A DNA stretch of 64,000 bases from contig DATFZT010000205.1 of NCBI GenBank assembly GCA_035314185.1, forward strand, positions 2,820 through 66,819, given 5' to 3'. The DNA comes from Terriglobales bacterium. Its GTDB lineage: Bacteria; Acidobacteriota; Terriglobia; Terriglobales; Acidobacteriaceae. The notes under the pieces are model-generated. The model made no database searches. It worked only from the letters and a program-made list of their open reading frames with translations, and was not told where the DNA came from. Below are positions 1 to 8,920 of the stretch, piece after piece; the stretch's first letter is position 1, and each line of letters opens with the position of its first letter. The translations under genes were made by a program, and so were the position numbers.

Positions 1-1897
1 CCGGCTGGGCCGAACTGGGTCGGGCCGGGCGTTCCAGACCTTCGCCTCGGGACGCGATGCCCGGTATCGTAACCGGCAGATGACCGCTGATCGGCATCTC
101 GCCGAAGATCGCCTTGACGGCGGCTGTTTCCGAAACGGTTACATTGGAGAACGCGCACACATAATTCTCGATGGCGGGGAAATCCTGCACCACGTAAGGA
201 TTGCCCATGGCAAGTACGACCGTGCGATCGGCGGCGCGATCGAGGATTGCCGTGAGTAGAGATCCGGTGGCACTGTCCATGGCAACGGTATTCGTCAAAC
301 CTCCGCCGGAGGCGCGCAGGGCCCTGCCAGCGTTTGGAACCACATACACCGCGGCGATCACGTGCCCTGCTGCTTCCACCGCTTCCACCACCGCCGGTTT
401 CATGCCGGCGGCCGAGCGCGCATCAAGGTAGATGATGCGGGCGTCAGGCACACGAGCTAGAATTTGACGTTCGAGCATACGTCCAGAGTCGGTGCGCAGG
501 TCGTCGGAAAAAATCACCGCGACCAGGCGGTTGCTTTCCTCTGCCATCGACTGATACGGAAGCGCGTCCTCCATAGTTCCAGGAGAAGCTGCAAAAGACT
601 GCAGCGGGATCACTTTCCCATTGTCGCGCACCAGCGTAATGGCTTCATCGGCAACACGTTGGCCGATCTCCACATTCTCCGGTTTCGCTACCTCGCTGGA
701 GAGTTGACTTAGGTCCACCAGCCGCGCCTTGGTCAGGCCGAGGGAAGCCTTCAGTTCCAGAATCTTGCGCACCGACTGATCCAGGCGCGGACGAGTGATT
801 TCGCCGCTCCGCACCGCTTGCATCATCGAACGATAGCTGGCATCGAGATTGGCCGGAATAATCAGCATGTCATTGCCCGCCTTGAAAGATTCGACCGCGG
901 CCCGGCCAATGTCCTTCGCATAAATGCGCGTCAACCCCGCCATATCGAGCGCATCGGTCACCACCAGCCCCTTGAATCCCATTTCTTCTTTAAGCAGTCC
1001 GTCTACAATCGCGCTCGAGGTCGTGGCCACGCGGTTGGGCGCCGGGTCCAGCGCAGGGACGGTTACGTGCGCCACCATCACGGAATCCACGCCCGCATCG
1101 ATCGCGCGCTTGAAAGGTGGCAACTCGACCGCATCCAGCCGCGCCCGGTCGCCGGTAACTTGCGCGACCCCGAGATGGGAATCGGTAGCCGTGTCGCCGT
1201 GTCCGGGAAAGTGCTTGGCCGTGACCAGCATCCCGCCCTCGTGAGCGCCTCGGATGTACGCCGCCACAAAATCGCCCACCTCCTTCGGATCTCCTCCGAA
1301 AGAGCGCGTGTTAATGATCGGGTTTGCAGGATTCGAATTCACGTCCGCATCGGGAAAGAAATTCCAATGCACGCCGATGGCGCGCGCCTCGAGCGCGGTG
1401 ATGCGTCCAAAGGCTTCAGCATTTTCAGTTTTTCCCGCAGCTCCAAATGCCATAGCGTGCGGAAAGATCGTGGTGCCGTTCAGACGCATGGACACGCCGC
1501 GCTCGAAATCAGCCGAGACGATCAGCGGCAGCTTCGATGTTTTTTGCAGCCGGTTGAGCAGCTCAGCGGCAACCGACGGCTGGCTCTTGAGCAGGACGGG
1601 ACCATCCACCGGAACGCTCATAACCAGCGATCCGACGCGATACTTGCGGATGTTGTCGCGCAACTGAACAAAGATGGGGTCGGCGTCATTCAGGAACTGC
1701 ACTCTCACCCAGATGGCGAAGAGTTGGCCCACTTTTTCTTCAGGAGTCATCTTGCGCAAGGTCTTGTCGGCCCACTTCTGGCCGGCTCTGTCAGCATGGA
1801 TGGGACCGGGCTGCAGAAAACGGTCTTTGCTTTTGTCTTTAGCAAAGCAAAGCGCGGCCGCTAGCAGGAACGCAGTAAGAAGAAGATTTCGAAGCAT
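1..1897 (-). CDS. Glycoside hydrolase family 3 (NagZ/beta-hexosaminidase-like), secreted; C-terminus runs off the window
   Basis: Absent from ORF track because there is no stop in the window. My minus-strand translation from ATG 1897 gives the signal peptide MLRNLLLTAFLLAAALCFA, then KHFPGHGDTATDSH and GFKGLVVTDALDMAG (GH3 nucleophile region). The + strand ORFs 818-1864, 924-1244 and 1254-1667 are Arg/His-rich antisense shadows. Confidence 0.8.
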   Translation of the reverse strand, partial: MLRNLLLTAFLLAAALCFAKDKSKDRFLQPGPIHADRAGQKWADKTLRKMTPEEKVGQLFAIWVRVQFLNDADPIFVQLRDNIRKYRVGSLVMSVPVDGPVLLKSQPSVAAELLNRLQKTSKLPLIVSADFERGVSMRLNGTTIFPHAMAFGAAGKTENAEAFGRITALEARAIGVHWNFFPDADVNSNPANPIINTRSFGGDPKEVGDFVAAYIRGAHEGGMLVTAKHFPGHGDTATDSHLGVAQVTGDRARLDAVELPPFKRAIDAGVDSVMVAHVTVPALDPAPNRVATTSSAIVDGLLKEEMGFKGLVVTDALDMAGLTRIYAKDIGRAAVESFKAGNDMLIIPANLDASYRSMMQAVRSGEITRPRLDQSVRKILELKASLGLTKARLVDLSQLSSEVAKPENVEIGQRVADEAITLVRDNGKVIPLQSFAASPGTMEDALPYQSMAEESNRLVAVIFSDDLRTDSGRMLERQILARVPDARIIYLDARSAAGMKPAVVEAVEAAGHVIAAVYVVPNAGRALRASGGGLTNTVAMDSATGSLLTAILDRAADRTVVLAMGNPYVVQDFPAIENYVCAFSNVTVSETAAVKAIFGEMPISGHLPVTIPGIASRGEGLERPARPSSAQP

Positions 1898-1939
1898 GCA
1901 ATTGACGATAACAAAAAAGAGACGGGAACGTCCTGCTCG

Positions 1940-2027
1940 TTTGGTGACGGGAGCCCTCGCCGTCCAAGCCCGCGTAGGGACAGCCGCCCTCGGCTGCCCA
2001 GCCGAGCATAGCTCGGCGCCCGCCCTC
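1940..2027. repeat. REP-like GC-rich hairpin element, family A
   Basis: cgcgtagggacagccgccctcggctgcccagccgagcatagctcggc forms two hairpins (ggacagccg/cggctgyc and gccgagc/gctcggc). Near-identical copies at 19492-19540 and 22607-22655. Lies between the GH3 start and the miaA stop. Confidence 0.8.
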
Positions 2028-3056
2028 TCAAATTTGCGGTTCTACCATTGCGATGCCGTCCGCTTGAATGGCAGGGTCGTCGCCAAACCCGCCCAGCCAA
2101 TGCACATCTGGTTCCCGCCGGAACCATGTGATCTGGCGCTTGGCATAATTGCGATGCGCCTGCTGCGCCGCCACGAGCGCAGCCTCCCGATCCAATCCGC
2201 CGCGCAAGAATTGCACCGCCTGCTTATATCCCAAAGACGAGAGCGGGCGCGCTTGCTCGCCATATTTCGCGAGAAGCTTTTCCGTCTCGGCGATGAGTCC
2301 TTCATCAAACATCTTCGCGGCCCGCTGGTTGATACGCGCGTAAAGAACATCGCGCTCCGGATTGAGTCCAAGACGCAGAATGCGAAAGCCGCGCAGCGGT
2401 TCGCGCCCCTGCTGCCAGAGTTCGGTCATATTTAGGCGAGAGGCCCGGCGAGTAGGCGGCCGCGAGCTGAGACACACTTCGATCGCCCGAATCACCTTGG
2501 CAACGTCGTTGGCGTGAATGCGCTTCGCGGCCGAAGCATCCAGCCGCCGCAGGATGCGATGCAAGTAGTCGGTCCCCCGCTCCCCCACACGAGCGCGAAG
2601 TTTGTTGCGCAGCTCATCCGACCGCTGCGGGCCAGCAAAGAGTCCTTCGATGAGCGCGCGAAGATAGAGTCCGGTTCCTCCGCTGACGATGGGCACACGC
2701 CTGCGCTGCTCCTTCTTGCGTTGAGCTGTCTCGCGGAGAACGATCTCCCGCAGAATCTGCCGCGCCTGGCGAGCATATTCGCCCGCGCTGACGTCGGCGA
2801 GCGGATCTACGCAATCCACAAGATGATGCGGAATTTCCGCGCGCTCCGCCGCGCTGGGCTTGGCCGTGCCGATTTCAAATTCGCGGTACATCGCAACCGA
2901 ATCGCAGTTGACGATTTCACCCTGGAAACGCCGCGCCAGCGCCAGCGCCAAAGCCGTCTTCCCGCTCGCCGTGGGACCAAGCACAACTACGACGAGTGGC
3001 TCGCGGTGCAACTTCGGCAACCTCGCCACCTTCGGCAACGTCAGCGCGCGCTCCAA
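2028..3056 (-). CDS. miaA: tRNA dimethylallyltransferase
   Basis: 342-aa ORF with P-loop VVVLGPTASGKTALALALA, then IVNCDSVAMYREFEIGTAKP and GGTGLYLRAL, typical of MiaA. Confidence 0.9.
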   Translation of the reverse strand: MERALTLPKVARLPKLHREPLVVVVLGPTASGKTALALALARRFQGEIVNCDSVAMYREFEIGTAKPSAAERAEIPHHLVDCVDPLADVSAGEYARQARQILREIVLRETAQRKKEQRRRVPIVSGGTGLYLRALIEGLFAGPQRSDELRNKLRARVGERGTDYLHRILRRLDASAAKRIHANDVAKVIRAIEVCLSSRPPTRRASRLNMTELWQQGREPLRGFRILRLGLNPERDVLYARINQRAAKMFDEGLIAETEKLLAKYGEQARPLSSLGYKQAVQFLRGGLDREAALVAAQQAHRNYAKRQITWFRREPDVHWLGGFGDDPAIQADGIAMVEPQI

Positions 3057-3292
3057 GGAATGTACCGCCAGTAGCGGATGATGGTGAGAATGAGTAGAAG
3101 AACCGCCATGAGAAGCAATCCCGTGGCTTCGGCGGCGTAGATGGAATGGCGGTGCTGATGCCGATATTTGTTGTCCTGATCCTCGCGGTCAGCAACGGGT
3201 TTCGGCGAAACGGGAGCGTTCACGCCGCTATTGTAGCCTTTCCTTCGGTCGTGAGTCGTGAGTCGATGGTCGTTAGCAGGCATCGTTAGCAA
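3041..3292 (-). CDS. Possible small membrane protein (uncertain)
   Basis: 83-aa ORF ending in one hydrophobic segment (GLLLMAVLLLILTIIRYW). It overlaps the miaA start by 16 nt. Its N-terminal part is translated from a tandem-repeat region, so the true start, if any, is unclear. Confidence 0.25.
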   Translation of the reverse strand: MLTMPANDHRLTTHDRRKGYNSGVNAPVSPKPVADREDQDNKYRHQHRHSIYAAEATGLLLMAVLLLILTIIRYWRYIPWSAR

Positions 3293-3345
3293 GCATCGCT
3301 AGCAAGCATTGATCGCGATCGACCAACGACTAACGACCAACGACT
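3249..3345. repeat. Cluster of short tandem word repeats with an inverted repeat
   Basis: gtcgtga x2 (3249-3264), gcatcgYtagcaa x2 plus a partial copy (3280-3315), cgaccaacga x2 (3320-3345). tggtcgttag (3267-3276) is the reverse complement of ctaacgacca (3331-3340). Confidence 0.7.
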
Positions 3346-3372
3346 GCCTCGCGTTACACTACGGGCGCCGTC

Positions 3373-4257
3373 ATGCCGATGTCTCCCTCCAATCGCGAAG
3401 CCCGATTTCTGCGCTTTGGCGTTTTTGAAGTTGACCTCGCCGCCGGAGAGTTGCGCAAGAGCGGCGCTCGCATCCGCCTTCAGGAACAGCCGTTTCAAGT
3501 CCTCGCTGCCCTGCTGCAGAATGCCGGTCAAGTCGTCACCCGCGATTACCTGCGCGAAACCATCTGGCCCGCCGACACCTTCGTCGACTTTGATCACAGC
3601 CTGAATACCGCGGTGAACAAAATTCGCGAGGCGCTCAGCGATTCCGCATCCAGCCCGCGCTTCGTTGAAACCCTGGCCCGCCGCGGATACCGCTTCATCG
3701 CTCCCGTCAACACCGTAACCACGGCATCCACGCCCGAGCACGCCCCGGAACAGCAGAATGATCCGGCAACTTCGTCGCCTGCGGACAACACCGCGTTGCA
3801 TCCCGATCTGCACGTGCCGGTTCCCCGGCGCGGATTGGTGCGCGCGCTCTTCGCGCTGATTCAGTTGATGTATCTCATCTTCTACGTGAGCGGTCTTGCT
3901 CACCTGCACGACGCGGATCGCGTCGCCAGCAGCTTTCTCCCCGGCTGGAGAGCTCTCGTCATCGTGGGCACAATATTAGTGACGGGAGCGGTCGGCATCC
4001 CGCTGCGGTTCTATCTGCTTTCGGCGGTCGCTTTCGATTTTCGCCAGCTGGGCGGAACATTCAGCCGGCTATTTCCATTTGTTTTGGCCCTGGATCAGCT
4101 GTGGGCCATCGCACCGTTCTTGCTGCTGCCGCAAATCGGCGTTGGCTTGGCATTCGCTGCGACCGCCGCTTTGCTGTACGTGCCTTTCTCGGAGAGAACC
4201 TTGGTGCGGATGGCTTATTCGTTCTCCGAACCCACTCCCAATGAAATAACCAAGTAG
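3373..4257 (+). CDS. CadC/ToxR-like membrane-anchored winged-helix transcriptional regulator
   Basis: N-terminus FLRFGVFEVDLAAGELRKSGARIRLQEQPFQVLAALL...RGYRFIAPV matches the OmpR/PhoB-type trans_reg_C DNA-binding domain. The C-terminal half has several hydrophobic TM segments. Confidence 0.75.
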   Translation: MPMSPSNREARFLRFGVFEVDLAAGELRKSGARIRLQEQPFQVLAALLQNAGQVVTRDYLRETIWPADTFVDFDHSLNTAVNKIREALSDSASSPRFVETLARRGYRFIAPVNTVTTASTPEHAPEQQNDPATSSPADNTALHPDLHVPVPRRGLVRALFALIQLMYLIFYVSGLAHLHDADRVASSFLPGWRALVIVGTILVTGAVGIPLRFYLLSAVAFDFRQLGGTFSRLFPFVLALDQLWAIAPFLLLPQIGVGLAFAATAALLYVPFSERTLVRMAYSFSEPTPNEITK

Positions 4258-4633
4258 TACGGGGTAACAAGACAGCCGAGGCGGAATTTCGTTTTGGCTG
4301 TTCCGCCTCGGATGCCAGGAACGCTTTAGGCCGGTCCGCCACCGACGATGTTCGGCCCCTCGCAATTACGTATTGGCCCGAAGAAGTAGATGGCCGCCAG
4401 CAGATGTTGCTTCAGACCTCCGCCGGAGCCGCGCAAAAAGAAACGCGAAAACCCTGGAGTCATGTCCGCTCTGACCCGAGCAGGATTTTGCGGATCCCTG
4501 GCCTGACACGCGCTCGGATCATTCGGAAAATCCAAAAACAGGTTTACGTTCACGAGCTTGGTGAGATCCCGGAATGCCTCTCGCGCATGGAGGTGGCATT
4601 GATCGTTGGGATCGCGGTCGTGGGCCGGTTCGA

Positions 4634-5254
4634 TTACAAAATTATGGTTGGCGTTTCCACGCGAAGCAAGAGTGGATTGAAAACGCCGCTATCGGGAGAC
4701 CCTGCCAAGGAAAAGCCGTTCAGCGTGGTAACGCTGTAGCGCAGGGAAACTGCGGTTACGTAGTCCTTTTCTGTGGAAGCATCGGGCGGATACGCGGATC
4801 CGGCGCGGCTGCGATAGTGGGTAGCCGCCACATACGCGTCCGGCTTGGGAAGGCGAATGGCGTACCGCTCCCACTTGCTGTCGAGCGCATGCTGCACGCT
4901 AACGGGGTCAATTCTCGCCTGCAGAATGTTGGGATCGATAGTGCCACTTGCGGGTCCGCTGCGAGCGGGAAGCGCGAGATCGTAGATTCCCGACGCCAGC
5001 TTTTTGTCCCAAGTCTGTACGGTTAGATCGCGATGGCTCTTGGTTTTCGGAGCGAGGGCAATCACGCTGTTGGCGTCCATTGGATCGGGAGCGAAAGCCC
5101 ACGGACCTTCGAAAACCAGATAGACGTCGTGCACGGTTTCTTCGGAGGCAAGCGCGGTCGTTTTAGTTTCGTGACGGGTGACCAACAAGAAGGTTGCGAG
5201 TGCGCCAAAGGCCAGCGCAACCGTCAGACTCGTGAAGTAACGGGGGTTTTTCAT
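4634..5254 (-). CDS. Hypothetical secreted protein, last gene of the ECF/CHAT cluster; may continue to 4326 after a frame break
   Basis: 206-aa ORF with an N-terminal signal/anchor (MKNPRYFTSLTVALAFGALATFLLV). It starts 26 nt after the CHAT gene stop. See the finding on the frame break at 4634-4641. Confidence 0.5.
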   Translation of the reverse strand: MKNPRYFTSLTVALAFGALATFLLVTRHETKTTALASEETVHDVYLVFEGPWAFAPDPMDANSVIALAPKTKSHRDLTVQTWDKKLASGIYDLALPARSGPASGTIDPNILQARIDPVSVQHALDSKWERYAIRLPKPDAYVAATHYRSRAGSAYPPDASTEKDYVTAVSLRYSVTTLNGFSLAGSPDSGVFNPLLLRVETPTIIL

Positions 5255-5279
5255 TGGTTTTCTCCTTAATTCTTAGGGA

Positions 5280-7382
5280 TTAGCGCCGTCCGTACGCTGC
5301 AAACGCCGACCAGTAGTAAGGATGAGACGTGCGCGGGTTGGCCAGCATTCTCCGCGAGCTCAGGCGGATGGCATCAGAGACGGTCTGGCCAGAGAGCGCA
5401 TTGTGATAAAAGTCCACTATCAATCCGCGAGTCTCAACGGAGTCCACGGCCCACCGGCTCGCGACCACGTGCGGCACACCGGCACGCACAAAACCATCGG
5501 TGATGCTGTCGAATCCGCTGGAGCCGCCGCTACCGGATGCGGTGTTGCAGGCTGAAAACACCGCCAACTGCAAGCTTTCTGGGTGAAGCTGCCGAATCGC
5601 ATCTGCGTCCAGCAGCCGCGGCGCGTTTGCTTGTCCGGGTTCGCCTCCCAACATCAATCCCGTCCTTTGGGGAGTGGAGAGCGAATGTCCGGCAAAGTGG
5701 AAAACCGCTGTTCCGGGGAAGGCGCTCCGGAGAGCGCTGAGGGTGGCTTCTCCGCCTTTGAGCACCCGCGCGGAATGAAAGCCGCGGGCGACGATGTCTG
5801 TTTCCAGAGCCACATCGGGAAGAGAACTGAGACCATCCGCCAGCGAGGAAGCCGCACTGCCCACCACCAGAGCCCGCAAGTCCGCCGAAATGGTAATTTC
5901 GCTGCGCAGCCGCGTCTCCGAATCCTGACCGAGAGAATGAACAATCGATGCACGCTCGATCAGATAGTGATCGCGCGAATCAAGCAACGCCTCAAAGGGC
6001 ACGCGGGCCAGCCATCCCTCCGCCTCGATCACAAGCGTGCGTCCCGGCGCAAGATGCTGTTCCACTGGACCAATGAGCGCCTCGTACAGGCTACGAGCGT
6101 CCCGGCGCAGCGCGATCAACTCCGAGCTGGGCTCCGAGCACTGAGCGTGGAAATTGGCCGCCAAATCCTGCAGTTCCTGCAGTTCCCGAGGCGATTTCGC
6201 ACTCCAGTACGCGCTTACTCCCCGGTCGTCAAAGACCCAAATGGCGAGGCCATCGGGCAGCGCCGCATAAGCAAGCACCGTCTCGTTGAAGAGAAGAGGA
6301 AGCCGAGCCGACAGCCGCGCTCCGTCGGGCAGGGATGGTGATATCCCCGGACCGCGCGTTCCGGCACGCTGCGGCGCGCCCAGATACCACTCAAATACAT
6401 CGAGCGATTCCTGTTCGCGCCCCTGCACCAGTTCGGCTTCCGCGAGGCCCAGATATACCGAAGCCGCACTTTTGCTCCAGCTGGTTCGACTTTTCTCAGA
6501 CGTCAAAGACGCCAGGCTTTGCTCGGCCAAGCGCAGCGCGGGACGAAAGTCCTGCTCGGCCTCCGCGGCATGATGACTGCGGAGTTGCACTTCGCCCAGA
6601 GTGGAATAAAACATCTGCGCAAGAACATTATTGGGAAATTGACGGACCTCATTCTGCACGCGAGTCAAGCGGCCCAGGGCAGAGTCGAACGCGCTTTGGC
6701 CCGTCTCCGACTGAGCGGTCAGGATTTCGCTCATCAGACGGTTGGCCCGCGTGGCCTCGGTCTGCGGAGCAAGGGTATAGAGCCGAGCGGCTTCCTCGTA
6801 GTGCTGTTCGGCCAACTCGGGCTGATGGGCAGCGCTGGCGGCATCGGCTGCGCTGCTGTGGGCCTCGGCGCGTAACCGAAAATTCTCGCCGGAATCGATC
6901 ACCGCCGCGGCTTCGCGCCAGATTGCCAACTGCAGATTTGCCTGATCTGACTCGGCGGCAAGAGCTTCTTCGGTGTACAGGTTGTAGCCCCGCATGGCGG
7001 GATATTGACCCGACCAGTAACCTTGCAGCCCGGCGTGAACCAGCCTCCAGACGCCCGGCCGGTCACCGGTGTCGAGTTTGCTATCGGCAACAAATCCCAG
7101 GGCCCGCAGATACAGAGCGCCGTAGCCGGACTGCTGCGCCCGGTCCTGCGCGCGATGCACGGTCTTTTCGTAGCCGCCGAGATCGCCCATCAGTACCGAG
7201 CAGATGCCGTCCTCCAATCCCAGCTGAATCTCCACCCAGGGGTACGAATAACGCCTGGACTCCTCGCCTGCGGCGGCCGCCCGGCGCCGGCAGTCTTCGC
7301 TGCGACGCGAGATGTGGTCCGCGAACGACTGCTCGAATTCCGCGCGCAACGCGCCCGCAACGTTGTCGGAAGCGCGAAACAA
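5280..7382 (-). CDS. CHAT-domain (caspase-like) protein with helical/TPR-like N-terminal region
   Basis: The C-terminal region carries the CHAT His/Cys dyad context AVFHFAGHS ... LAVFSACNTASG and ends YYWSAFAAYG. The start is given as TTG; the upstream sequence suggests fusion with the preceding ORF (see findings). Confidence 0.85.
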   Translation of the reverse strand: MFRASDNVAGALRAEFEQSFADHISRRSEDCRRRAAAAGEESRRYSYPWVEIQLGLEDGICSVLMGDLGGYEKTVHRAQDRAQQSGYGALYLRALGFVADSKLDTGDRPGVWRLVHAGLQGYWSGQYPAMRGYNLYTEEALAAESDQANLQLAIWREAAAVIDSGENFRLRAEAHSSAADAASAAHQPELAEQHYEEAARLYTLAPQTEATRANRLMSEILTAQSETGQSAFDSALGRLTRVQNEVRQFPNNVLAQMFYSTLGEVQLRSHHAAEAEQDFRPALRLAEQSLASLTSEKSRTSWSKSAASVYLGLAEAELVQGREQESLDVFEWYLGAPQRAGTRGPGISPSLPDGARLSARLPLLFNETVLAYAALPDGLAIWVFDDRGVSAYWSAKSPRELQELQDLAANFHAQCSEPSSELIALRRDARSLYEALIGPVEQHLAPGRTLVIEAEGWLARVPFEALLDSRDHYLIERASIVHSLGQDSETRLRSEITISADLRALVVGSAASSLADGLSSLPDVALETDIVARGFHSARVLKGGEATLSALRSAFPGTAVFHFAGHSLSTPQRTGLMLGGEPGQANAPRLLDADAIRQLHPESLQLAVFSACNTASGSGGSSGFDSITDGFVRAGVPHVVASRWAVDSVETRGLIVDFYHNALSGQTVSDAIRLSSRRMLANPRTSHPYYWSAFAAYGRR

Positions 7383-7542
7383 TTGCTCGGAAATCTCTCC
7401 GCCTGTTGACGGGAGACGCTGTTCTCGCCGGCGTCATTGGCTTGGACGGCGCGGGCGAGCGCGCTTACGGCCTGCGGAAAATGTGGCGCCGAGGAACCGC
7501 GCAGAAGATCAGCCAGCCAGCGGTCGTTGTGTTGCTGGCTGG

Positions 7543-8910
7543 TCAGGTCCGCCCAAAAAAAAGCGCTCGCGAGGCGCTCCAATCCCCATTGGCCCCGGTC
7601 GCGGGAAAGGCCTGGGGCAACCAGGCGCGGACGGCTTCATGCAAATATTCTTCGATGCGCGGGTCGACTTCAGAACCAAGGCTGGCACTCGCGGCCATCG
7701 CCGCCACCTGCGCGGGAGACAGCAGTGGTGTCGCCTCGCTGCCGTGCTCTTTCAACTTTTCCCGCACCGCGTCGGCCCGGTTGTGGGCTTCGTCTGCCCA
7801 CTGCGAGCCCGGATCTACCCGCAGGTAATGCTCCCAATCGTCCAGGGCCTGCTGATAAAGGAATAGATGTTCCGAAACAATGGCTCGATTAAACAGCGCC
7901 ACCGGATCGTCCGGGTGCAGCTTCAAGGCCTGACTCAGATACTCGTACGCAGCGCCGAAGTCTTCCTCCCGGTTTTCCTGCTGGGCGCGCTGGAAGTATG
8001 CGGTGGCAAGATCCGTCAGGATCACCGGCGAATGCGGCTCTAACTCCAAGGCGCGGTGCAGAGCCTCCACGGCCGCGTCGTACTCGCCTTCCAGCACGTC
8101 CGCCTCCGCCTTCGCCTCAAGCCAGGCAGGATCGGAAGGATGGGATATCAGTTGGCTGGCAATCAGCGCTTCTGCCTTTAGCAGCGCTGCCGGACGGCTG
8201 GTAAAGGAGGCTGCCGGTCCGCGCGACACACGTAAAGGCGCATAGCCGGCACCCGCGATCCTCAGTTCAAGAGTCCGCTTCTCGGTGTAAGCGCGGGCCA
8301 GGAGCTTGTCGGCGGTGGCGGGCTGGTTCCGTTGGACTACAACCCACGATCCCAAACCGGCCACAGCCAGAAGAGATGCACCCGCCATTGCCAGACGTGG
8401 AACCGTCAGCCACCGCTGCCGCCACGCTGAGGATTCCCGATCCGGCCCCGAACGCCGTGTCCCGGTGATGCGCTGGACCAGCTTCTGCTGCCACTCTGCG
8501 CTGGCGCTCACCAGGGTCGTGATCTGCTTCCGCTCCCCTGCGGTGATTTCGCCGTTCAGATCGGCCAATTCTGTCATCGCTCCGCGCAGCAGCGGACCAC
8601 AATAATCACAGCGGCTGGCATGTTCGATGCAGGCCATCGTCTCGTCGCTGGGCGTCAGCCCGCCGACAATCGCACTCCACACCCCCGAGCCCGGACAGTC
8701 GCTCTGGGGCAGCCGAGACTCAGCCGGCCTTATGCTCTCCAGTTGGCGATCCAGCGATGCCAGCGCCTCAAATTGCTCCCGGCAAGTCGGGCAGAGGGCA
8801 AGATGAGGGTGAACATCCGCGGCGTCCAACGATTCCGCACTCCGGCGCGACTCCTCGAGTAGTTTCGCCAGTTCTGCGGTTCCGATGTGCTCGTTGGGAT
8901 TACCGATCAA
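7543..8910 (-). CDS. Anti-sigma factor (zf-HC2 type) with TM segment and TPR repeats
   Basis: N-terminus has H-x3-C-x2-C (HPHLALCPTCREQF), a second Cys pair (ASRCDYCGP) and one TM segment (LAMAGASLLAVAGLGSWVVV). TPR-like repeats follow (AEADVLEGEYDAAVEALHRALELEP...). Directly downstream of the ECF sigma gene. Confidence 0.75.
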   Translation of the reverse strand: MIGNPNEHIGTAELAKLLEESRRSAESLDAADVHPHLALCPTCREQFEALASLDRQLESIRPAESRLPQSDCPGSGVWSAIVGGLTPSDETMACIEHASRCDYCGPLLRGAMTELADLNGEITAGERKQITTLVSASAEWQQKLVQRITGTRRSGPDRESSAWRQRWLTVPRLAMAGASLLAVAGLGSWVVVQRNQPATADKLLARAYTEKRTLELRIAGAGYAPLRVSRGPAASFTSRPAALLKAEALIASQLISHPSDPAWLEAKAEADVLEGEYDAAVEALHRALELEPHSPVILTDLATAYFQRAQQENREEDFGAAYEYLSQALKLHPDDPVALFNRAIVSEHLFLYQQALDDWEHYLRVDPGSQWADEAHNRADAVREKLKEHGSEATPLLSPAQVAAMAASASLGSEVDPRIEEYLHEAVRAWLPQAFPATGANGDWSASRALFFGRT

Positions 8911-8920
8911 GACTGACCCC

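Noticed and set aside
818-1864. 348-aa + strand ORF at the window start
   Set aside because: It is an Arg/His-rich antisense shadow. The minus strand encodes a GH3 enzyme with a signal peptide and catalytic motifs.
6335-7828. 497-aa + strand ORF
   Set aside because: It is extremely Arg/Pro/Ser-rich and lies antisense to the CHAT and anti-sigma genes, which have clear motifs. This is a typical shadow ORF of GC-rich DNA.
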